A DNA stretch of 63,989 nucleotides, the filler included, from Catajapyx aquilonaris (lineage: Eukaryota): the NCBI GenBank assembly GCA_000934665.2. It is 2 parts of 2 records of this genome, joined end to end, with 100 filler letters (N's around TTAATTAATTAA, not from the genome) between each part and the next. Parts side by side here need not be neighbours in the genome. Positions count along the whole stretch, not along the records: positions 32,079 to 63,989 come from JYFJ02004474.1; 1 more part is not named here. One strand, 5' to 3'. The notes under the pieces were generated by a model. That model was not told the DNA's origin and searched no databases. It was given only the letters and a program-made list of their open reading frames with translations. Made by a program: the position numbers and the translations under genes. How positions within the stretch are numbered: the first letter of the stretch is position 1; each line of letters starts with the position of its first letter. Positions 41,001 through 51,695 of this stretch are shown in pieces.

Positions 41001-44000
41001 TTTGACACAGCAGATGTCTCTCTCAAAAGTGGGGGAAGGAGGAGAGGGAATGGGTCAGATTTTTTCGAAAATTAGGCAACTATACTATGAACCCAAACAT
41101 AAGCTGAGGAGGGTTGCTGCCCTTGCTGTTATCATAATCTATAATCCCCTGTGGTATGTCCCACAGCATGTTCAGAAAAGTCTAGTTTAGTCCTATTTAT
41201 TCCTCATTACGGACTAAACAAGTTTCCTGACTCGACGTCACACCTCTGCTGACTTAATTGTGAGAAATTGACATATCGCTCAAAAATATGGCAAAAATAT
41301 AGCCGACCGATAGTGGCCTGAAAGTTGTTATAACTTATGCATATTGTATAGTCTGGTCACTATCTGCTGCGTGCCACGAGTACGTGTAAATGCCTACTCA
41401 TACCATTTAGTTCTTCTGGAAGGAAATGGCCGTGGCTTTCTTTCTGTAACCTATTTTTGTCCATACCTACTCATCCCCCACCAAGGCCAAATGAGCAGCT
41501 TCATGAGTGAAAAATACTGCGACAAAATAGATGTTATTGAAAGAGGAAAAAGCTCCGCATTTCTGAACTCAGGCTATCAAAAATCATAGAAACACATAAC
41601 ACTATGCAGAAAAAAACCAGTATTATTTCGCAGACCTACGTAATCACATTAGAGGGATTCACAATACCATTGGCATATACAAGGTCAGCTATTTTTCGCA
41701 ATTCCCACAAAAACGTCTACAGAGAGCAAGAACACAGCAATAAAACCCTACAAATTACTGCCCATGTAACAAGGTAACAGCAAATAATTGGGACTCTGTA
41801 AACTTTCATAAAGCAGGGCAGCAATAAATGACCACAATTTAGGCTGCAAGTTTCTTGTAATTTGGCATTTTGAGAGGACGAAAGTACAGCACTGTAGTTT
41901 CATTTGACCAGAGAAATCAGCAACACATTCACCACTGTTTCACCTGAAAACTAATTGCTGTGGCCTTAGTTATTGAAGCACAATATTGGTACCTTTCGAC
42001 GTTCCTTTGGTTGGTAGATCACGTGACCCCATTGGCCTAGGACAACCGCACAAGTAAAAAATGTTCACACCTGGCCGTGGCAATCTTCTCGTTTATGCGA
42101 ACAGGAGCCAAAAGAACTGAGGCCTACCTAGATACTAGCAGGGACAATGGGGATGACGTTCCCGGACGTACGTGTAGTTCCGTACATATTTGACAAAATT
42201 CTGGTGACGTGCTTGCAAGGAATATGACGGTCAGAAACGACGACATCATAGGCCGTGCTGCAAAGACCACGCCTAGAGGAAGACGTCACGTTGCAACTTC
42301 CTTATTGCATCGCCTCCTGCAAATGACAAACATGACGTATATTGTAAATCATCCGGCCAGGACTGCAGAGGAGAATTAATTTCTCGAAGAACTGTTCGTA
42401 AATCTGTCTTCAGAGGAGGACATCACAGCACCCGCATCTTGTAATTGTTGCAATCATTACCGCACGTGCGTCAGGGCAAATTGGAGCTGGCGTCACATTA
42501 TCATATATGCCTCAGACAATTCAAATTGACAAAAATCGACAAAATGCACAAAAATGTCAAAGTTCACAAAAATATACAGTGTAAATCCAAGGCAACAGCC
42601 AGCAGTCCATTAGGTCGATGAGGACCTTCTACCCATACTCAATACCCATTACGACTCCAATCCTGATAACCAATGAGAATAACAAGTTCTACTATGACTT
42701 CTTCAATAATATAAGCAGCATTTTGGAAAATTTTCATCAGTCTTCTTTTGCTATGAAAGGAACAGTAGCTGAAAATAGAGCAGCATATATGGAATTGGAA
42801 AGTTCGATACAGAGCTTATCAGCTGCTTGAACGTGGACAACTCGTCAACCAAAGACATCTAAGAACCTAAAAAAATGAGATCATATCGCGACTTGAGAGA
42901 GGTCACTGGAAGTGTGGAAGGAGCAGTTAGCCTCTATATTCCGTATCTAATAATGAAGCTAGCCAAGTTGTATGTTCACAAAATAAAAGAGGAGGGGAGC
43001 CATGAGATCCACGTTCTCAAGGATGCGCCATATCTCCTGAAAGCCGGAATATAGTCTCTATTTAGCAATTTGACAAAGTACAACCTGTGGATTGCATATT
43101 TCTATCAAGATGGTGAAGAAGTGCGAAGAACTACTTCAAGGCATGACACATGTGACCAAGAAGTGACCAATATTACGCCTGCCTGTAAAATTCCGTGAAT
43201 CTCAGAACGACGATAAAAAGGGCAAAAGGAGCACAGAGACGAGGACCAAAGGAAAATGTCACCCATGAGACAACCTTGGAAATATAGCTGATAAAGCGAC
43301 AATACCCTAGGTTTAATACTACAATATGTTCGTAACGCCATATTTAATTTCCACGGACTCATTCTTTTATTTTTTTTAAACAAGATACTGGGTCTGCCTT
43401 ATCTCAGATGATTCCCCCGAGTTTTGACTGAATGCAGCTACGGATATGTCCAGACATAACGAGCACAGCAGTACCATGCATCATGGTGCCCCTTTTCTAG
43501 ATAGTTTCCTCTGCAAGAGCAAGATTCAGCGCATATATATTTTGCGTGCTTCAGTCTAAGCAGCCACAAGACGTAGTGGCGAGACTGGTGACTTACAACA
43601 CATAGGAACCTAAATAACATACACTCAGGTTCCAATGTTACAGTGATAAAATCAGTCAATTTTCAATAAGGTTATGATCATGTCTTATCAATATTATCGA
43701 CATGCATAGGAAGTCAGCAAAGGCAGATGCTGAAACATTTGACCATACGTATCCGACACTCAAATAGAGCACAGTAACATGTTATGGACGATATGAAAAT
43801 GATACTCAACACCTTACACTTTGAAGCAAAATTACGACCAAGTTATGTATTCCTGTTGTATTAGAAACAAAGGGCCTAAAGATGATGCATCAATTCGCAT
43901 AAAAAATGGAAACTCGTTAACACAATGACTCATTAACACAATGACAATTTGTATTCTAGACATCATTCGATTAGAGTACAATACATTTATATCAATGGCC

Positions 44001-44519
44001 AAAAATGCTTTCAATTATGTTGGCATTTGTATGACCAAGACCAAATATATGTGCATATCATATAGTACGAAAGTTGCGTTTGTAGATGTACTTTTAAATT
44101 AATTATATTTAAGCCGAATGACCATTGCGCTGTATTCCACTCAATGTGTGCTGTAGGTGCTATCATTTCGGTTGACGATTTTGGAGTGGACTGTCCATCG
44201 TCTATTATATTTGGGAAAAACCCATGTTGACAACAGTCGTTATCAGGTTTCATTAAATTGGCCCGATACTTGTTATGCCACAGTAGTGTACCGTGGGTAT
44301 TAAAATTTTCCAATAGGCCAAATTTGCCTATCGGGGTTGGCCACTCCGGTTAGCAGATAAAGACGATTTGTGCGTCCCGAGATGCATCGCTCCTACCCGC
44401 ATAAAAAGGACCTGTTTACCTCTCCGGACATCATTTGTTGATCACTCTCTGACTAATCAACATCTCTATTCATCTTCTAGTTTTGAGGTTTTGCCTGTTG
44501 TAATTAGTTGTTATCCAAG

Positions 44520-45286
44520 ATGGCGTCATCATCCACTTCTGGAGAAGCACCTTTTCTGTTGACAGCCACCACTGTCCACCTGACCATCGCTGGAGTGCCT
44601 TGGCCTGCCCTGATTGATAGCGGAGCAGTCTCGTCAGCAGTCACCCGACATGTTTGGGACTCCATCCCCATCAACGACCGACCGCCTCTATTGCCAGTGA
44701 TGGGTACGACCCTCCGTACAGCTGACCATCACTGCATCTACCCAATTGGACGGGCGGACCTCACCGTCACTCTGGGAGGAGTCACCTTTACGAAGTCGTT
44801 CCTGATTGTTCCCGTTTGGTTTGGTTTATTTGGAAGAAGCCAAAGCAACTGTGGCTATCTGGCTGTAAGAAGAAGCAAAGGTGGGACAGATGGAGAGAGA
44901 AACGAAGAGGAAAAAGAAGAGAGGAAAGACTGGTATCTCTCTTAGTCTGTCTCCTACCCCCAAAGACGGCTTGGGTGGCCCTACCAGTAGACGAAGCTAC
45001 CGCCGGCATAGCTCTTGGGGTCATGGGAGAAAGGCAAACCCCACCACCACGATAAGGTGGAGATACCCTCGGGGGGATTGTTCCTGACTCAGTGCTACCA
45101 GTCGTCATTGCAGTCGACACTCTTGCCATGCTCAGGGCCCATTTGGACTACCACACCCAACTCCTGTATGGTACCGTCGGGGAAGCCAACCCTGATCATC
45201 CAGGCGTCAACTCGATCCAGGTCCCTTTTCGACTCCTCAATCACCTCGGTGATGACTCGGATGAAGCCAGCGATGAGACCATTTAA
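44520..45286 (+). pseudogene. Retropepsin (retroviral-type aspartic protease) ORF of about 164 aa, interrupted by a SINE-like insertion
   Basis: The catalytic ALIDSGA motif is in ORF 44508-44945. Removing 44813-45084 restores one frame: ...TFTKSFLIVP|DSVLPVVIAVDTLAML... (a degenerate ILGxDxL motif), running from ATG 44520 to the stop at 45286. Confidence 0.8.
44813..45075 (-). mobile_element. Short non-LTR (SINE-like) element with RTE-like 5' region and (AAACC)n tail, copy 1
   Basis: 9-bp TSD GATTGTTCC at 44804-44812 and 45076-45084. The minus-strand 3' end reads ...GGCTTCTTCCAAATAAACCAAACCAAAC. A near-identical copy lies at 62636-62908. Confidence 0.85.
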
Positions 45287-45568
45287 CTACCCTTGTGGAC
45301 GCCAGAAGATGTGAACTATGACCATGACCTGTGAGAGTGCATCCTACCAAGATGTCCCTAAACCAGTTGACAGTTTTGGTTTTGCTGGTGTTTCAGTTAA
45401 CGTTGTGGGGATTGTTTTCTTTCTTTTCCCAAAGTGGTTTACTGGCCGTCAGTGGACATAACCGGGCCAGTATCCCCTCTTTTTTTGTTCACCCCCCTTC
45501 TTGACCAGCGTTTGTACATACCTTATGTTTTTTTCTTATTTGACTTGTCCATCGTGAGCGTGGGGGTG

Positions 45569-45962
45569 TGTGACCTTGCCAGTTTTGATGTCATCATAGT
45601 ACAACAAAATCGATTCTGTATTGCAATGTCATGAATTTCCCAGCATGCAGTGGGGCTTCTCCCCACTATAAAAGGCAGACACAATTGTAACTCGAGGCCA
45701 GTTGGTCCTCCACTATGGGACCACTGGTCACCCCCATTCCCACCCTCCATCATCCTGTATACCCCTACTCTCATTGTGAACAACCGCATTAAAGAGGCTG
45801 AAAGCAGAACCCAAACTCTATTATGTGCGTATACCCTTCGTCACCCATCATGACGACCGTCCTGATGTTTTCTTGTCGTTGCGTTACCATACGACTTGAT
45901 CATCATTGGTCATATACGTGCTACGTCACATAAACGTGGCGTCGGCCGTGGGTTACGTCACA
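45569..45962 (+). mobile_element. 3' LTR (plus strand), 394 bp
   Basis: Inverted copy of 46919-47314, preceded by a G-rich PPT-like tract (GAGCGTGGGGGTG). TATAAAA at about 45667 and ATTAAA at 45788. Confidence 0.85.
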
Positions 45963-46894
45963 TAAAAGACACAATAGACGATGGACAGTCCACTCCAAAA
46001 TCGTCAACTGGACGGTCTCAAATTTATATGCCAAAGTCCTTCATTTAACCACCTCGCAATTTTCATGCAGAGGGGGGATTTGAGTTGCACCGTCATCACT
46101 CACGCCCCATACGTCAGAAGGAAAAACTCTTGTGGCGCATTTCACGTAATAAATACAAATGCGTGATCACTGTGTGGGGTGTCCAGGCTGCCACAGCAGA
46201 ATTTTGCTGACTCCTGACACTGCACATACACTTCGCGTATGGTACTACACACAAACACCGACCCATAAGGTGTAAGTGCGGAACATAAGTTCGTATCAGT
46301 CCACACGTAACAATAGTGGATTCTCGTACATGGGCTGCTCGTAGTCGTAACTGGGCTGCTCGTAGTCGTAACTGGGCTGCTCGTATCCGTAACTGGGCTG
46401 CTCATACTTCTGCTCGTAACAATAGGAGAGCTTCTCGTGCTTAGGCTGTCCATAACCATAGTGCTTGGGCACGCACGTGAGAAGGTAGAATAGGGAAAAG
46501 GATAAAATGGGGAACACATCGACAAGGCAATTTCAGCCGGTCGAAAGACTGCATGTACTCAAAAGGGATTTTGCGTAAGTTAGCATAAGAGTACTCACAC
46601 TCACGAGGATATATACCTCTGTTAAGGTGACTTTACGTACGGGGATAGTACGCGGTCGATAAAGGGCCATAACATGTCCGTCTACGTAGCCCAAAGTGTT
46701 GACTTGTAGTACGGTGGTACTTAGTCCAACAACTGGTCAACTGAAGCAAGTATAGGGGTGCTTGTATACATCAGTGACAAATAGGAAATAGGACATAACG
46801 AGACTCTCGGCTCGCAACAAAGTGAATAAAAGTGTCACCCGGGATCCAACAATATGCCGGTTCCCATACAGTGAACAACCAGAGGGGGAGAAAG

Positions 46895-46912
46895 ATCCCA
46901 CTTCTGACACCA
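46895..46912 (-). promoter_or_regulatory. Primer binding site, tRNA-Leu type
   Basis: Minus strand reads TGGTGTCAGAAGTGGGAT, the 18-nt complement of a eukaryotic tRNA-Leu 3' end (ATCCCACTTCTGACACCA). It lies 6 nt after the LTR. Confidence 0.85.
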
Positions 46913-46918
46913 CTTTTA

Positions 46919-47314
46919 TGTGACGTAACCCACGGCCGACGCCACGTTTATGTGACGTGGCACACGTATATGACCAATGATGATCAAGTCGTATGGTAAT
47001 GCAACGACAAGAGAACACCAGGACGATCATCATGATGGGTGACGAAGGGTATACGCACATAATAGAGTTTGGGTTCTGCTTTCAGCCTCTTTAATGCGGT
47101 TGTTCACAATGAGAGTAGGGGTATACAGGATGATGGAGGGTGGGAATGGGGGTGACCAGTGGTCCCATAGTGGAGGACCAACTGGCCTCGAGTTACAATT
47201 GTGTCTGCCTTTTATAGTGGGGAGAAGCCCCACTGCATGCTGGGAAATTCATGACATTGCAATACAGAATCGATTTTGTTGTACTATGATGACATCAAAA
47301 CTGGCAAGGTCACA
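46919..47314 (-). mobile_element. 5' LTR (minus strand), 396 bp
   Basis: Termini TGTGAC...GTCACA, internal TATAAAA and ATTAAA, followed after TAAAAG by the PBS. Confidence 0.85.
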
Positions 47315-50300
47315 ATACTATACTGTATATGTAACGAGTAAATGTTGTGGACATGATTTTATCGAGTGCATCTACAGGCACATTCACAAAGGTATTTTCG
47401 ACCTGAAAGTTTCGTTTTAAACGGAACGCCGCACTAGTTTTGGGATAAATCGATGTGACAGAAGGTGCCAGGTGACAGGCTACTGTCTGGGAAAAACTCA
47501 AACATCACCACTCAGATTGGGAGTGTGGAAGGGGCCGATAGCCTCCTTATTCCTTATTAAAGTTATGGAATACATCCCACGAAAGAATGATTCTGCCCTT
47601 GGTGATGAGGTGTAGTCACCATACTGAATACACCATCCTCGTTGTCATAAGTAAAGCACAAGAGGAAACTCTATAGCAGATGGTGACGAGCGGAATTAAA
47701 GCAACAACAGTAGAAGGAAATGTTCCCTATAAACACTATGGAGAAGGCACTTGTTGAGGTGCGATCACTGTACGCCTGGGTTGAATTCATTTGACAGACG
47801 CACCCTGGACATGCCCGAACCTATAACTGTACTTGGCATGGAGCCACAATTAATCACATTTCAAGATGCTTTTCGTCAACATGTAATACAATTTCCCCTG
47901 CCAGATGTGCTAAGATCCAATACAATATCAATCATTTCCTGGCAAACCAGGTCATGGAATTAAAACACCGACATTCAGATTATTAACAATACATACCATA
48001 AGGTATGTGATGTGCCCTCCTCATCATTCCAGCAACACATGTAATAAAGGCTAGCTAATGGTACGAATATTTCAAAAGAAAATATTATTCTTCCGACAAT
48101 GTTATGACAGATAACATTTAATTTCTTGGGACATCAGTAACATCCAATGGATCTCAAAGCAAAACAGTGGGGAACAGTTTCCCAGGATAAATCTCAGAAG
48201 TCAAATGCTACTTCTGCCATCAGTGCCATGCAGGAACAGACTCGATATGCTAACAAAAACAAACAAAAAAAATCCGCAATTCACTTCAGAATTATCATCA
48301 GCGATTGCAGAAGCCTAAAGAGCATTATAATTATGTCATGCACAACTCGAGGTGAATTCTTCAGGACTGTAATTGCTCTTGGCAGGGAGGGGTACTCACA
48401 TGTGGAGAAGCTAGACGATCAATCAGGCAGTAACGTAGTGTTTCCATTCGACAATCACCTTCTTGTAACCCACATAGGGGGGATCTGCTTGAAATACAAA
48501 TAACTGCATATTGAGACATACTATTGAAATTGATTTTAGTTAAAATAAAGTATGGCACTGGCTTATGAGGTAACGGATGCAGGGGCGCTTGGCTGCGTCA
48601 TCCACAATACTATGACACGTCAGAGGAATGAGCTATAACATTGACACAAGTCCCCTTGCAACAATATGTAACTAAATAATGGTTACCAAATGCCAACGGG
48701 TAGGTTGGGAATGATTAACCACATCTTCTCAAATATTCCCATATTTCTTTTAATTCGTATATAAATTCGTATATAAAGAAAAGAAGAAAGAAAGAAAGAC
48801 ATGAGAAAATTTCGTGAGAATGCAAGTATTATGGGACATGAATAAAACTGGCTGTATTATGATTGGTTAAAATAATGGCTCATTTATATAATTCCTGGAG
48901 ATTGCTTTACTATTGAACAAGATACAACAAACATATTTTATGTCAGTTCGGTGCTACTGTAAGAATAAAGGCACCTGGTACACCTGGTAACGCATTTGAG
49001 GCAAATTATATACTGTTTAACAGACTACAACCGGCATAGTACAGAGTAATACCACATTTTCTGAACCCTTTTGCGTCAGTGGCAACCAACGACTGTTGAA
49101 ATGCACAATCTTCAACAACTATTCAAAGTAGGACGAGAAGGCGAAGCATCAGGACATAGATTCAAGTAATACTGTGAAAAACTCGTTGAAAAAAGTCATT
49201 CTGAAGGTTAAATGTGCCGTGAGCATTAAGGGGCACTTTAAAGTATTAAATTATTCTTGGATTCATTAGAACATACAATCTTAATATGTGTAAAGTTGCA
49301 TTTAAAAGCTGTAGAAACCTTGGTAAATTATCTTGCTATCATCATCTACTTCTGAAAGCGAGGGAAATTTCAGAGATTTTACGATTGCGACAAAATACGT
49401 TATCATGCTGCAATAGATGTCAACTCATCAGAACCATTCACATTTGGATCAGCTCCCGGTCAGTCAGACACTGATAAGTGCCCTAGATATTATCCCGGCC
49501 AGTAATCACTGCTGGGGGTTGCTGCAATATCTTCATGTATTTAACTCTTGTAAAGCACCAATCTCGCCAATGCAATGGTCAGATGTGATGAGTGACAGTG
49601 ATACTTAACAGAGAAAAGATGCGCAAATATTGAGAATGATAACTTCATTCTTCATGACACTTCTGTAAATGTGATTGTCAATCCACATGATGATGAAGAG
49701 CACTAAGGTCTTATCCATACATTACTGACCCAAATTCAGAAAGCACATGGCGCTTCTCAAACGGCGATGCCATTCACTGCAGAAACGGTGAGAACAACAT
49801 CGGTACCACATGTCACCTTACAACGGGCACTCATCCAACACTGTAAGAAGAAATATGTAACTAATAGAGACGAGGATCTCTTGCTAACCATGCGCAACGG
49901 ACATTTCCAATCCCAGCAGCAGGGTTGCAGAGAATCCTGCCTTCTACGAACAGTTTCATACTTTATAAACCCCAGAAGCGTCTCAGAAAATTTATCATGC
50001 ACAACCTTTGGACCTTGCTAAGTAGTACAGTAAGTAGTACAGTGCTAAGGCTAAGTAGTACATATACTGATGTACTTTTGCATCCAACATGTGAGAATTC
50101 TTGGGTTCTATACTTGACCATGTTAAATTTCAAAACAATCTTAAAGGACGACCAACAAATCAAGCTCATTCAAAAACGAGATGTCCAATTGAATGCGATT
50201 TCGGACATGTGAGCCACATCACCCTGGGATTATCAAATAGGGGGAGAAGTTAGGAAAGGCCTACCATAAGTAAACTGGTTATTCCAAACACTCAACATCA

Positions 50301-51657
50301 CAACTCAGTTGTTTCCTATGCGTCGCTTTGCCTCTCGAAAGATCGCCACCGACGGACGATAGGTGCACTATCCACAATTGGCAAGGACCACATAAATCAA
50401 TGGTGTTGAAAGTAGTGTGATTTATCAATTTTATGCGTTTACACCCCCCTGATAATGGTGTTGCAACGTACCTACTTTTTCTTGGCTTAAATCAGACCAT
50501 TATCCCAAGACGTAGAACACTAAAGTCACATGAAATAAATATAATGAGGCCTTGTCAATTCTCAGCATGAAATCAGACATTTACACATTTTTCATGGGTT
50601 GAAGGAAACAAATCCTAGGACCTAGAATCGTAGATGATGGAAAGATTGAAAGACACCTACGTACTTTCATATCACCAGTAGAAGCCCTCTCCTTGATTGT
50701 GGTTGTGATTTAACCAATAATAAATATCAACTGACAAGAAAATCATCTCAGGAAAACAATCACGAACGGTACCCTCTCTACAAAGAAGTTATGACACCCA
50801 AGGAGTAAAGCTATCCCCAACGTACAAAATGTTCAGAAGACAATATATTGTGACCTGTCAATGCAAGAAATGTTGAATAGATTTTTCAAGTGTCCTCTCC
50901 GCCGCCAATAACACAATCACTTTCCACTGAAAACTGAGCTATGATGGCAATTTCGAGCATTCCATACACAAATCAGGTATTGACAGAACCTATTCCGTTC
51001 ATGTGGCGAGCGAGACAAAGCCTCATGCAATGCCTGTGATTGATTACAGCCTGTTGTGATTGTTCTATTTGTTGTAACATCAAGTAATAGAGCATTCCGA
51101 TACCAGTCAAATATAAACATATTACTCATGCATTTGCTAATGTTGGGAATTGAACACATTTTTTATAATTTCAGGAGTACTTATTTACTGCTGTAGGTTT
51201 TAAAAAGATGTCATAAAAGTTCCTTACTGTATGTCAAGCCAAGTAGTGATACGACTTCAATAGATAGCGAGTCACAAACAGCCCTATCCTTATATATCAC
51301 CACTGTGATGTTGTTACAACTTTCGTCTACTCAGGCTTGTGTTCCTTATTATCTGGGGAAATAAGAGAGACAGTGAAACCAGAATAATCGTCAAATAACT
51401 ATACCGACGGAAGTAATCAGTCTCTTTCCTTGACTGGCCTATTTTCATCCCTTTTCTTTCTCGATCGTACAGCCTGTACCACTGACCCATTCAAAAAAAT
51501 ATGCCTGATTTGCATAAGTTGTAGAGACCGGTGTTTTTAGTGTTGGTTCTGTCGTCCTGCGCCTTGTGTATAACCATGTTTAGGTAGTGACCTCTCCAGC
51601 ACACATCTGACGTTGTCATGTATCACTTGCACTTGGAATTACACTGAAACAGGCAGA

Positions 51658-51695
51658 GGTTTGGTTTATTAAAGAAGCCAAAGGAACTATGGCTT
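51658..51695 (-). mobile_element. Heavily 5'-truncated 3' tail of the same or a related non-LTR family
   Basis: GGTTTGGTTTATTAAAGAAGCCAAAGGAACTATGGCT resembles the tail of the two full copies. Confidence 0.55.

Larger units (their letters stand above)
44169..47314. mobile_element. Non-autonomous Gypsy-like LTR retroelement with an internal inversion
   Basis: Two ~395-bp TGTGAC...GTCACA LTRs in opposite orientation, a PBS, a PPT-like tract and a retropepsin ORF. The block interrupts sequence that is contiguous in a paralogous segment at about 35110-35145 (TATCATTTCTGTT|ACACTATACTGTA). Confidence 0.8.

Noticed and set aside
45650..45853. Identical 67-aa ORFs at 45650-45853 (+) and 47030-47233 (-)
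   Set aside because: They lie inside the LTRs, so the identity reflects LTR duplication rather than coding constraint.
44169..46010. DNA transposon with 37-bp TIRs carrying the protease
   Set aside because: No TSD, and the host flank resumes only at 47315, not at 46011.
44169..47314. DIRS/tyrosine-recombinase element, suggested by the inverted long repeats
   Set aside because: It has TG..CA LTRs, a tRNA PBS, a PPT and an aspartic protease, and no tyrosine recombinase or RT. An inversion of a Gypsy-like element is simpler.
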